A DNA stretch of 63,277 bases, filler included, from Tortispora ganteri (lineage: Eukaryota): the NCBI GenBank assembly GCA_003707115.1. It is 50 parts of 50 records of this genome, joined end to end, with 100 filler letters (N's around TTAATTAATTAA, not from the genome) between each part and the next. Parts side by side here need not be neighbours in the genome. Positions count along the whole stretch, not along the records: positions 35,792 to 36,936 come from PPNB01000213.1; positions 37,037 to 38,178 come from PPNB01000214.1; positions 38,279 to 39,418 come from PPNB01000215.1; positions 39,519 to 40,658 come from PPNB01000216.1; positions 40,759 to 41,890 come from PPNB01000217.1; positions 41,991 to 43,121 come from PPNB01000218.1; positions 43,222 to 44,344 come from PPNB01000219.1; positions 44,445 to 45,566 come from PPNB01000220.1; 42 more parts are not named here. The stretch is one strand, 5' to 3'. Below the pieces are notes generated by a model. It was not told the DNA's origin, searched no databases, and saw only the letters and a list, made by a program, of their open reading frames with translations. Position numbers and translations under genes: made by a program. This document shows, piece after piece, positions 35,939 through 48,098 of this stretch (positions are counted from its first letter, which is position 1; every line of letters begins with the position of its first letter).

Positions 35939-36936
35939 TCAACTGGAACCCAAAGGATAGAGCGAATCAATGCTTTCGGTACCTTTAACGTTGATAGTTG
36001 TCGAAAAATCCAGTCTAATAGAACTCTCTAGATCGGATGTAGTTGCTCTACTAAGATAAACAAAACGAAAGGGATACCAAAAACTCTCCAGGACAACATT
36101 TCGCAGTAACGGAGATGTAAATTCACGTGTTGACCCGGGCTGAACTTCGATTCCAGCCATGACCATAATAGCAGGTTGATTATCCCCTATTGCACTGATA
36201 TTAGTGCACTTCATAGCTGAATCTCCCAAAAAGCTAAACGTATTTATATGATACAAATTCACCATCGAGCCCTTATTATGAATTATAGACACAACGGAGG
36301 GACTATCCACCGATTGATCCGGACAAATATATGCTAGAAGTTCGTATAAAACCCACTTTATCTGTGCCTCAAAAGTGGGAAACCTAATTTCTGTGTTATA
36401 TATACTAACATTTTCCTGAATTCGAGATTCCAGTCTATACATGCCGGCTGCAATGTAATCTTGATCCCAATCTTCAGCAATTGTAGGATACACGGCAAGG
36501 TACGCTTCATCAGATGGGTAATCAACAGAGCAGCAAGCTGAAGCAGGCACTTGTGTAGGACATTCAGAAGAGGAGGAGGAAGAGGAGGAAGAAGAAGGAG
36601 AAGAAGAAGAAGAAGAAGAAGAGGAAGAGGAAGAAGAGGAAGAAGGAGAAGGAGAAGGAGGGGAAGAGGAAGAGGAAGAAGAGGAAGAAGAGGAGGAAGA
36701 AGGAGAAGGAGAAGAGGAAGAAGAAGAGGAAGAGGAAGAAGAGGAAGAGGAAGAGGAAGAAGAGGAAGAGGAAGAGGAAGAGGAAGAGGAAGAGGAAGAG
36801 GAAGAGGAAGAGGAAGAGGAAGAGGAAGAGGAAGAAGAGGAAGAGGAAGAGGAAGAGGAAGAAGAGGAAGAGGAAGAGGAAGAGGAAGAGGAAGAGGAAG
36901 AGGAAGAGGAAGAGGAAGAGGAAGAGGAAGAGGAAG
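35939..36936 (-). CDS. 3' part of adhesin gene type A, C-terminal domain variant 3
   Basis: Same N- and C-terminal borders and 3' flank as variants 1 and 2, with a more divergent core. Confidence 0.85.
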
Positions 36937-37036
36937 NNNNNNNNNNNNNNNNNNNNNNNNNNNNNNNNNNNNNNNNNNNNTTAATTAATTAANNNNNNNN
37001 NNNNNNNNNNNNNNNNNNNNNNNNNNNNNNNNNNNN

Positions 37037-38178
37037 CAAGTTGCTGTATATCGATGATGGTAAGACACTCGAGTTGCTGTAGATCGATGATGGCAACACA
37101 CTTGAGTTGCGGTAAATCGACGACGGAAACACACTTGAGTTGCTGTAAATCGACAATGGCAAAGCACTCGAGTTGCTGTACATCGATGTTGGTAAGACGC
37201 TTGAGTTGCTGAAAATCGATGTTGGCAAAGCACTCGAGTTGCTGTATATCGATGTTGTTAAGACGCTCGAGTTGCTGTAGATCGATGTTGGCAAAGCACT
37301 CAAGTTGCTATAAATCGATGTTGGTAAGACGCTTGAGTTGCTGAAAATCGATGTTGGTAAGACGCTTGAGTTACTGTAGATCGATGTTGTTAAGACACTC
37401 GAGTTGCTGAAAATCGATGTTGGTAAAGCACTCGAGTTACTGTAGATCGAAGATGGTAAGACGCTCGAGTTGCTGTAGATCGATGTTGGCAAAACACTCA
37501 ATGGCAAAGCACTCGAGTTGCTGTACATCGATGTTGGTAAGACGCTTGAGTTGCTGAAAATCGATGTTGATAACACACTAGAGTTGCTGTAGATCGATGA
37601 TGGCAAGGCGCTCGAGTTGCTAAACACCGATGAAGAAAACAGAATGCTTGAGACGTCAGACAAACTAACCGGTAAAGCACTTGAATTGCTGTAGACTGAA
37701 GTCGGTAAGATGCTCCAGTTGCTTAATACCGATGAAGCTGGCACAACACTTGAATTGCTTATGATCGTCGAAGACGCAAGAACGCTCGAGCTAGCAACTG
37801 AAGCACTTGGCAACATGCTTGAATTACCAAATGCAGAAGTTGACACGACAGCACTCGAGAAGCTTATGAAAGAGGTCGACACCACACTTGAGTTGCTGAT
37901 TATTGCAGAAGATGCCAAACCACTCGAGGGACTAGGTGACAAACTTTGACCGGCACTCGAGTTAGGCAACATCGAAGAAAGAGATACGGCACTTGATATT
38001 CCAGCACTTGACAAAGGCGTCAAACCACTAGAGCTGCCTATAGTTGATGAAGAAGATAGAACGCTTGACAAACCTATAATCGATGAAGAGGGAAAAACAC
38101 TAGAATCAGAAAAGGCGCTTGATCCATGAGCAAAACTCGATTCAGAAACAATATGACCAGTGCTGGAATTACCATATG
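37037..38178 (-). CDS. Internal fragment of adhesin type B, leading into LP(T/S)SIYSNSS repeats
   Basis: Paralog of the 50517-51605 / 1435-2762 junction and of 48099-49209. Confidence 0.85.
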
Positions 38179-38278
38179 NNNNNNNNNNNNNNNNNNNNNN
38201 NNNNNNNNNNNNNNNNNNNNNNTTAATTAATTAANNNNNNNNNNNNNNNNNNNNNNNNNNNNNNNNNNNNNNNNNNNN

Positions 38279-39418
38279 AGCGTCGTCTAATTCAGCGTTG
38301 TCTGGCTCTGCCTCGTCTGGCTTAGCTTCGTCTGGCTCAGCGTCATCTGGCTCAGCGTCGTTTAACTCAGCGTCATCTGGCTCTGCCTCGTCTGGATCGG
38401 CATCGTCTGGATCGGCAGCGTCTGGATCGGTACCTTCTGGCTCGTTAGCGTCGTCTGGCTCGTTATCTTCTGGATCGTTATTGTCTGGATCGTTATCGTC
38501 TGGCTCAGCCTCATCTGGCTCAGCCTCATCTGTCTCAGCTTCATCTGGCTCAGTGTCTTCTGGTTTTGCCTCGTCTGCAGTCTCATCGTCATCTGGATCG
38601 TTATTGTCTGGCTCCGCCTCGTCTGCAGTCTCATCGTCATCTGGATCGTTATTGTCTGGCTCCGCCTCGTCTGCAGTCTCATCGTCTGGCTCAGCATTGT
38701 CTGGCTCAGCGTCGTCTGTCTCAGCGTCATCTGGCTCTGTGTCGTCTCTCTCAGCGTCATCTGGCTCTGTCTCTTCTGGCTCAGCGTCGTCTGGCTCAGC
38801 GTCGTCTGGTTCGTTATCATCTGGATCGGCATCGTCTGGATCGGCATCGTCTGTAGTGTCTTCTGGTTTTGCCTCGTCTGCAGTCTCATCGTCATCTGGA
38901 TCGTTATTGTCTGGCTCCGCCTCGTCTGTAGTCTCATCGTCATCTGGATCGTTGTCGTCTGGATCGTTGTCGTCTGGATCGTTATTGTCTGGATCGTTAT
39001 CATCTGGCTCTGCCTCGTCTGGTTCGTTATCATCTGGATCGGCATCGTCTGGATCGGCATCGTCTGTAGTGTCTTCTGGTTTTGCCTCGTCTGCAGTCTC
39101 ATCGTCATCTGGATCGTTATTGTCTGGCTCCGCCTCGTCTGCAGTCTCATCGTCATCTGGATCGTTGTCGTCTGGATCGTTGTCGTCTGGATCGTTATTG
39201 TCTGGATCGTTATCATCTGGCTCTGCCTCGTCTGGATCGTTGTCATCTGGATCAGCCTCGTCTGGATCGTTGTCATCTGGATCGTTATCATCTGGATCGT
39301 TATCATCTGGATCGGCGTCATCTGGCTCAACTTCGTCTGGCTCAGCGTCATCTGGCTCAGCGTCATCTGGCTCAGCGTCATCTGGCTCAGCGTCATCTGG
39401 CTCAGCGTCATCTGGCTC
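38279..39418 (+). CDS. Internal adhesin fragment, GSASS/GSLSS repeats
   Basis: Open Ser-rich frame. Confidence 0.78.
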
Positions 39419-39518
39419 NNNNNNNNNNNNNNNNNNNNNNNNNNNNNNNNNNNNNNNNNNNNTTAATTAATTAANNNNNNNNNNNNNNNNNNNNNNNNNN
39501 NNNNNNNNNNNNNNNNNN

Positions 39519-40390
39519 GCAACAGGAATCACTATACGAATTGGGAACAAATATCCACCGTCAAAGTCCACCGGAAAACTTGCCTTGAACCCATTAGAAC
39601 TGTCCAGAGGGGCAGTCCCAGAAGTCCCAGAGGTACCAATAAGCTCCATGTTATCGCACCGCATGGCCAATTCACCCTCGTACACGTACGCATAAGTATC
39701 TGCAAAGTTACTAGCATTCTTTGCCTCTACATCTACAAACCCAACGTCGCCTGATGGTTCAACGTAAAACAAGTACTCAAAATAGCCCTGTTCCGATACT
39801 GATCCCGATATAGAGTTTGACGAAACTCTCGCGGTCACATTGTCTCGTTGGTAGTTCCTGTACTCACCGTTCTGGATATCGCTCGACAACAAGTCTACCG
39901 CACCCTCGAATATAGCGGCAAATACTTCGCCTGCCCTGTAGGCAGGTCTGGTTGAGCATGCGTCTGCAGGCACTGTCGTGTGGGCTGTCGTTGGAACAGT
40001 TACTGTAGCTGTAGTGGGTGGCGTAGCGGGGTGCGTGGGCGGACGCGGAGGTACTATAGTCTCCGTGATAATGACTGGAATCTCAATAGAAACGTGCACG
40101 TCAACCGACACCGACATGGACACGGACTCGTAGTATGACCAGACGTAGGTGCAGTCGTCTTTGACGAGCGGCGGACTAGGTACATATGTCACCGTAGCGG
40201 GTGTGCACTGGTTGCAGTACCAGCCTGATATAGTAGACACATGAGGCGCGCATTGGTCGTCGTAGACGGTCGCACGTGTAGCAGCAGACTCAGAAGTATA
40301 CAAACGTCCGTAGATAGTAGAAGTTTCAACAGGTGGGCTGCAAACGAGCGTGTTCGTTTCTACAATAGTACTGTATATTGTCTGCACCAT
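39519..40390 (-). CDS. 5' part of adhesin gene (MVQTIY...): Cys N-module, Pro/Thr linker, first family domain
   Basis: GWYCNQC module homologous to the MATFTE genes; domain NGEYRNYQR...LFPIRIV closely resembles the type B domain. Confidence 0.85.
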
Positions 40391-40758
40391 CGCGAGCAAC
40401 TGGCGTCAAAAATCTGCGCCTCGCCCTTATTATAAGTGCTACCATATACCCTAAAACTCCCATTAGCTTTTCCACTTGAAAAGTATTCTTATCTTGTTCG
40501 CCCTGGGATTTATGACATTCTGCTAGTCACCGGAGCCTATCATAACGGATAAGCTTAAAGTTGGCCTTGGTGGATTGCTGGGTAACGAAAGTTTAGAGTT
40601 CACCCTAACGACTTTTGGTGTCGAACTCGCGCTCTCGATTTGCTGCAAAAAAAAAAAANNNNNNNNNNNNNNNNNNNNNNNNNNNNNNNNNNNNNNNNNN
40701 NNTTAATTAATTAANNNNNNNNNNNNNNNNNNNNNNNNNNNNNNNNNNNNNNNNNNNN

Positions 40759-41890
40759 TGTGTTATAGATTGCATCAAAGCAGGTCATTTACTGCCGTGG
40801 CAGGTCGAGGGCACATATATAGCCTACCCTATAGCAATCATCTGTCTAGCTTCATCGATGGTAGAGTGCGTGTCGTGGATCTCGAGACCAAATGATATAT
40901 TCTGTACGTTAAAGGCCATTTTTGAGACAGCGAATGAGTCCAGCGTTCAGTTGCGCTCGCTTCCTGCAAGCATATCAGTACGAAAATATCTCGTTCTGTA
41001 AGTCCAGAAGATTTAAGAATATCCTCTAGCTGTTTAATGCGTGATAAAAGTAATTCTCCGTGTAAATCGCTCTATCCGAGATGCATTACGGTTTCTTACA
41101 GCACCTCACTGATTTCTATGACAGCCGTACCACAAAGTCGATGCCCAGGAGGTCTAGTCTGGTATTCATTCCCCTTGCCAACAACCATGGCACTTTTGGA
41201 TAAGTTTGATATTTTTGTAATACTGTCCAAAACAGTCGTGAATACCGTCGAAAAGCAATCGAAGCTGTGAATATTTATGTTCCTACTATTTGAATAAAGC
41301 TTATTTTGTGATGTTGCATGTTAACGTGCAATGAAGATGCAATTCTAATTTCTGCACTGCTTGCCGATCCTGAAGGCATACATCGTTGATTTTGTTGATT
41401 CGGTTCCAATGCCGGCGAAACGGCATTCACCAACGTGAACATAGTTTCAAACTACTAGTATCACTGATCGGTTTTATTTGGTGGCAATAAAATAACTTGA
41501 AACACATTATTATTTGTGTTTATAGCACTTTAAAGCTGCGCATCTTTTCGCATACTGAGCACCTAGCACTTTACGTTGAGAGCATGCAGTGAGACAAAGC
41601 AGAAGATATTATAGATCTTCAGGCTACGCCAAATGGAGTGTTGCGAATACTTTAGCCGAAGACAGTGATTTTATGCTACTACTACTGCATCTTCAGTGCG
41701 CAGTGAAACCATACAGTATTACAGAGATATATTGCTATAGTGGTTGACGATCTTTAGCGATTAAGGTTTTGAGCCGAGGCAATATATCCCGATTAGGCAA
41801 TATAAACCTTATATTAGCCAATCAATTAGCTGCACAGTTTATTCAAAAAATTAGAGTTTGAAACAATATTGGCCAATCAGAAGGCCTAAT
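40759..41890 (+). repeat. Long non-coding repeat family, left flank with a 334-bp extra segment
   Basis: Overlaps the start of 55287-56368 and the reverse complement of 9842-11094. Confidence 0.88.
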
Positions 41891-41990
41891 NNNNNNNNNN
41901 NNNNNNNNNNNNNNNNNNNNNNNNNNNNNNNNNNTTAATTAATTAANNNNNNNNNNNNNNNNNNNNNNNNNNNNNNNNNNNNNNNNNNNN

Positions 41991-43121
41991 TCACCGCCCA
42001 CCTTCTTGCCAGCAGCCTCTGTGAAGGTTTGGACGGGCAAGCATTGCACACCACTCCGCAGCTGCTGCTACTCGAGGCGCTAGAACTCCACTGAGCTGAG
42101 CTGGATACGCTTGAACTGACACTCGAACTGCGACTTGAACTTGAACTCAAACTAGAACTCAAACTAGAGCTCAAACTAGAACTAGAACTCATACTAGAAC
42201 TCAAACTAGAACTCAGACTAGAACTCAAACTAGAACTCAAACTAGAACTCAAACTAGAACTGGAACTCAAACTAGAACTCAAACTAGAACTGGAACTCAA
42301 ACTAGAACTCAAACTAGAACTGGAACTCAAACTAGAACTTAGACTAGAACTGGAACTCAAACTAGAACTAGAACTCAAACTAGAACTGGAACTCAAACTA
42401 GACCTAGAACTCAAACTAGGACTAGAACTTGAACTAAAATTCAAACTCGAACTGAAACTAGAACTAGAACTAGAACTCAAACTGGAGCTAGAACTAGAAC
42501 TAGAACTAGAACTAGAACTAGAACTCAAACTAGAACTCAAACTAGAACTCAAACTAGAACTCAAACTAGAATTCAAACTCAAACTCAAACTCAAACTCAG
42601 ACTAGAACTGGAACTCAAACTAGAACTAGAACTGGCGCTGGCACTCGAACTGACACTCGGATTCCTATCCTCGCCGGCTGACACCCCTAGCACCAAAGAT
42701 ACCCCTGCAAGTCCCACCACCACCTCACCATCTCGCTTGCGGCTCTCTGGTACAACAACAACACGTACAGGCGTCCACCCAGACACCGCCCTGTTCACCG
42801 TTTCCCCGTAAACCGTTCCACCACTACCGATCGTCCCGATATCCCCGCAACTCATCCCCATCTCCCCGACGAACACCTGCGCACGCCCGCCCCTGATCTC
42901 CGTGATCCTGCCGTCTCCCACGTAGAACATCACCTCCACCAGTCCTGCATCACCTTCCACAGCGATCCCATCGCCCGTTACTTCTGCATCCAGAACCACT
43001 TTCGCCCCGGATCTGTACTCCCCCGCCGCAATCGCCTCGAAGCTGCCGTCGAACACGTCATAGCCCGCCGCATACACGGCCTCATTATACGCCGGCCGCG
43101 AACCGCACACAGACAGAGCCC
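41991..43121 (-). CDS. Internal fragment of adhesin type C: domain (AGEYR...WTPVRV, RKR) plus SSSL stalk
   Basis: Its 3' end overlaps the start of 61103-61702 (CGVVCNACPSKPSQRLLARRWAV). Confidence 0.85.
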
Positions 43122-43221
43122 NNNNNNNNNNNNNNNNNNNNNNNNNNNNNNNNNNNNNNNNNNNNTTAATTAATTAANNNNNNNNNNNNNNNNNNNNNNN
43201 NNNNNNNNNNNNNNNNNNNNN

Positions 43222-44344
43222 ATAGACGAAGGCGTGGAAATCGAAGTGGCACCAGATGATGATAGAACATCACTTGAAGAGGTTGGCACTAGGGATGCCG
43301 ACGCCGAAGACGGCAGTGGCGAAGCCGGAATATCTCGTCCTGCAAACTCTATAGACTCAGCCGTAGTGCCCGTGAAATCCAAAAATGTTCCCCATTCAAC
43401 GGACAGATTGTCTTCGTCAAGAATAACAACAATTCGGAAAGCATACCAGTACTCTGAACTAAACGGTCCCATAATCAATTGAGAAAACGCCGTGCTCGGG
43501 TTATCAACATTTATTCCAGTATTATAGGCACTCTTGCCTCCAGTTCCAATAGTAGGCTCATCGAGACATTCAGCTGCAACAGGTCCAACTGCTACATACA
43601 TAGTCGCGTTAACAATAGGATCCACAATGTTGTTGAGCGTGAAAAGTGCATAATTAACATCTGTAGCAGGCTTAAAATAACCAACCACTTCAGATGGTCC
43701 AGTAGTAGTGCTCTGATATACCCAGCTCACAGATAAAGGTGTATAATCAATCGCTGTAGAATATACAGTGCGTTCATTAAATCTGTAAGACCCATCAATA
43801 ATCTCGCTTTCACTGTAATATTCGCTTGAAGTGTACATAGCAGCAAATACGCTATCAGTGGCAGCATTACTATCAATAACAGAGCAGCCTAAAGTATCGG
43901 AAACAGCTGATAACGAAGCACTGGCTGACGGAGATACTAAGTCAGAAGAAGAAGAAGAAATTTCAGATGGAGACGCACTAGCGGAAATAGAGCTAATCTC
44001 GGACGGCGATGCAGTAGCAGAAAGAGAGCTGATCTCGGAAGACGATGAACTAGCAGAAAGAGAGCTGATCTCGGAAGACGATGAACTAGCTGACGGTGAG
44101 ATACTGTCTGACAGAGACATAATATTAGAAGACAGAGAAGATATGATAGACGAAGGCGTGGAAATCGAAGTGGCACCAGATGATGATAGAACATCACTTG
44201 AAGAGGTTGGCACTAGGGATGCCGACGCCGAAGACGGCAGTGGCGAAGCCGGAATATCTCGTCCTGCAAACTCTATAGACTCAGCCGTAGTGCCCGTGAA
44301 ATCCAAAAATGTTCCCCATTCAACGGACAGATTGTCTTCGTCAA
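43222..44344 (-). CDS. Adhesin type E fragment, tandem domain+linker unit of 924 nt
   Basis: Sequence at 43222 recurs at 44146; domain DGSYR...EVVGY...AAECLDEPTIGTGG...WYAFRIV. Confidence 0.85.
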
Positions 44345-44444
44345 NNNNNNNNNNNNNNNNNNNNNNNNNNNNNNNNNNNNNNNNNNNNTTAATTAATTAA
44401 NNNNNNNNNNNNNNNNNNNNNNNNNNNNNNNNNNNNNNNNNNNN

Positions 44445-44879
44445 CTGGTACCGCATGCTACAGTTATAATATCTGAGACTTTGTTCTATATAAGAACTAA
44501 TGGCGTAAGCAATATCATAACGGTGAATAGCATATTAAGTAATCCTGGGTTACTTACGACGACGTTTTACCACGATAGTTACTTATACCTAGGTGGTTCA
44601 GCTATGTCGTGCAAAGATATGAGAGCGATAGGAGAAGGTGGTATAAATACCACGGCATTTATTAGTTACTCGATTAGTCCACTAATAGGTGGTTCCGGAA
44701 GTGCAGAACTTGAGATTAATGTGGAAACTAATTTATGGTATCCTTTGCGTTATGTATCAGTAGAGCAAGCTGACAGTAATATGGTTTCACTGCCTCGGTT
44801 TGTAACTCTGCTGGAATTTGATACCACTATTAGTGTTCAGGGGTCTTCTGATATTAAACCTGTACCCAAAAACTTCTAG
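44445..44879 (+). CDS. C-terminal family domain of another adhesin gene
   Basis: ETLFY...YLYLGGSAMSCKDMRAIGEGG...WYPLRYV...KPVPKNF-TAG. Confidence 0.82.
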   Translation: MVPHATVIISETLFYIRTNGVSNIITVNSILSNPGLLTTTFYHDSYLYLGGSAMSCKDMRAIGEGGINTTAFISYSISPLIGGSGSAELEINVETNLWYPLRYVSVEQADSNMVSLPRFVTLLEFDTTISVQGSSDIKPVPKNF

Positions 44880-44981
44880 TGATTGATACATCCCTTACGT
44901 CTATTATTTTGTGCACTTATTAACGAAAATTGCGATTCCGTGTATATTTGCTTTTTAAATACACAATAATATACCAAGTTT

Positions 44982-45566
44982 TTAAGCCCAAATAGACTTG
45001 TTTTTGATAATCACAGATTCCTTGTACTTGTTGACCAGTGTTCCAATCGTATACACTTTCTCGCCTTCTAATTGGAAAGTTGATTTTAGCTCATCAGCTG
45101 CTTCTGCAGGTACAATGCATACCATGCCGATGCCATTATTAAACGTAAGACACATATCATCCACAGGCACGTTACCGGTCTTTTGTAGCCAGTCGAACAC
45201 AGGGAGACGTGGTCAGCTTGTGGCATCTAATTCCGCGGCCAGATGGCTAGGCAAGGCTCTCGGAATGTTTTCCAAAAGCCCGCCTCCTGTAATATGTGAA
45301 AGTCCCAAAACCTTTCCTGTCTGGACAGCTTTGAGTACTGGTTTGACATATATGCGAGTAGGTGCTGACAGCACGTCTCCCAGCAGCTTTGTAGGGTCAA
45401 ACGGAGCCGCCGATGTGTAAGAGAGTCCTGATCTTTCCACAATTTTTCGCACTAATGAGAATCCATTAGAATGTACGCCATCCGATCCAAGACCTAGTAG
45501 AACGTCACCGGCTTTCATAGCGTCCAATCGCGGCAGAATCGCGTCTTTGGATACTGCACCAATAGC
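44982..45566 (-). pseudogene. ADE5,7: AIR synthetase (PurM) C-terminus of ADE5,7 with an in-frame TGA at 45213-45215
   Basis: GDVLLGLGSDGVHSNGFSLVRK...HITGGGLLENIPR...ATS*PRLPVFDWLQKTGNVP...TFNNGIGMV, all in one frame. Gene identity is secure; whether the stop is real is uncertain. Confidence 0.8.
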
Positions 45567-46629
45567 NNNNNNNNNNNNNNNNNNNNNNNNNNNNNNNNNN
45601 NNNNNNNNNNTTAATTAATTAANNNNNNNNNNNNNNNNNNNNNNNNNNNNNNNNNNNNNNNNNNNNTGACAAATACCATTGCAGTTGGTTTAACGGTAGA
45701 TAAGGTTTTTTATTTTTTATTTTCGGTAGATTCTAGCGCGCAACGAAATCTATGAACCTTGTTATTGGCGTATCCGACTAAAAAAAGGTTGAGGATTTAG
45801 TTAACTGGTTTATAGTCTTACTGTACGGTGCCAATATAAGACGCGGAACTATGCAGGATAGTATGTTTAGGACTAAAGAGGGGTACAATGGATTATGGAA
45901 AGCAGAATATAGCAAAGCAATATGACAGCGTTACCTGAAAAATTGATTGATTTCATTAATTTCACTAATGAACAATTATGTGAATGTGCGATTTGGAGCC
46001 ACTTGGAAATTTTACAGCAATACAGGACGTGGTTCTTAGAACTATTAACGACTTACTTTAATAGAAATAAGGTCTCAGATAAGAGCGAATTAGGCAGTAT
46101 TTTTCAAATTACTTAGTTACTAATCCTCAAGCAAGTCATTTCCAGGCTAATTGAATGATCTAAACCTTGAACGTGCATAAAATCATACATACTTATTGAT
46201 CAGAGCTCAGTTTGAAACTTTAATCAATTTATTGGAGAAAACTCTTTCTCACTTCTCAACAGCCCACATCAATAGGCACAATAGATCTGTTTTTCTCAAT
46301 ATTGAACCCATTTAAAGTGATAACACTGCAAGCTATTGGATAGTACATGCTGGTCTTGCTAGTTTTTTTTTTTGCAGCAAATCGAGAGCGCGAGTTCGAC
46401 ACCAAAAGTCGTTAGGGTGAACTCTAAACTTTCGTTACCCAGCAATCCACCAAGGCCAACTTTAAGCTTATCCGTTATGATAGGCTCCGGTGACTAGCAG
46501 AATGTCATAAATCCCAGGGCGAACAAGATAAGAATACTTTTCAAGTGGAAAAGCTAATGGGAGTTTTAGGGTATATGGTAGCACTTATAATAAGGGCGAG
46601 GCGCAGATTTTTGACGCCAGTTGCTCGCG

Positions 46630-46786
46630 ATGGTGCAGACAATATACAGTACTATTGTAGAAACGAACACGCTCATTTGCAGCCCACCTATTGAAACTTC
46701 CACTGTCTATGGGCGGTTGTACACTTCTGAGTCTGGTGCTACACGTGCGATCGTCTACGATGATCAATGCGCGCCTCATGTGTCTA
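46630..46786 (+). CDS. 5' end of a second MVQTIY adhesin copy
   Basis: Near-identical protein to the start of 39519-40390; ~270 nt upstream is identical. Confidence 0.82.
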
Positions 46787-46886
46787 NNNNNNNNNNNNNN
46801 NNNNNNNNNNNNNNNNNNNNNNNNNNNNNNTTAATTAATTAANNNNNNNNNNNNNNNNNNNNNNNNNNNNNNNNNNNNNNNNNNNN

Positions 46887-47998
46887 ACGAATTTTCTAAT
46901 CCCGACATTGTGTCTATTTTCTGCCCGTGTGCGTTATCTACATCTTGCGAAGAACATCGGAAAGCCGGGTAATGATATCGAATTATTACGCATCCCACAA
47001 AGATCACTAATTTTATAGTTGCTTACAAGACTTTATTCTCTGTGTTTCAGATGTATGCAGAGATTCATTTTGCATCTCATTTTAAATATGCAACTTTAAA
47101 ATCTACCGGTATGTTCGACTGCCGTTATGCTCAATTTCATAATAACCAGCAACCCTTTGCGTCCTATTACACGAGATTCGCATTTCTATCTAGCAAATCT
47201 ACGAAGAACTTATGGTAACTTCCTCTGTCATGTGCTCTATATAAGTGTACTCAAATAGTCAAATATGTGCATACCTCGGATAACTGCATACCAAAAAGCA
47301 ATTTATCTTTCTGGCATTTATGTAAATATTTGAAGAACAGTCAACTTCAGCATGCCATTCTCTATTAAGTAGACTACCATACACCGCATACTAAGTAGTC
47401 AAAAGTTTTACTATATATCTTTCGAACCTATATCATATCTTATAATTTATTTTAATGAACCAAAATCTACACTTGAACGTTTATTCATTCTTCTATATTT
47501 ACAATGTTAAGCAAATACCAGACAACTTTTATAGCAGTTACCAATGACATTAACCATTAAAGCTGAAAATTACGTTTATAGTACATATCCAATATATGTT
47601 CTCCATCCCACGCTGCATAAATAATCTTTTTGTACAAATAAATTCTGTCTGAGCGATTCTAATAACATAAGCGATCAGACTATTGCAAGGCGAATCAATG
47701 TACTCAAACCTTATATCTTGGACGTTACAACCGTCGTGCGGCTGTTAAGATTATCAATGGTGTCAAACCTTATTATAAACGAGCCTGTCAATCGCCCCCT
47801 CATATATACAACTCCCTCCCGCCGCCCCCAGCCACCTTCACATCCGTCGCGGCTCATGTACTACATGGTAAAGCCCGCCAAAACCAAGCAATCAACCAGT
47901 GAAATCCGTGATTGAGCGTTCTGATTGTACGGTTCCAGAGCGTTTAGTGCAATGGCCACAGAAGTTATCCGCTTCGTGCGTCCGGAACACTAAAAGCA
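46887..47998 (+). repeat. AT-rich non-coding repeat, copy 1
   Basis: Near-identical to 62245-63277. Confidence 0.85.
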
Positions 47999-48098
47999 NN
48001 NNNNNNNNNNNNNNNNNNNNNNNNNNNNNNNNNNNNNNNNNNTTAATTAATTAANNNNNNNNNNNNNNNNNNNNNNNNNNNNNNNNNNNNNNNNNNNN

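Noticed and set aside
45213..45215. Nuclear UGA=Trp code reassignment
   Set aside because: Single instance. Trp is TGG in POL3, PFA3, the transposase and the adhesins, and TGA appears to end type A genes.
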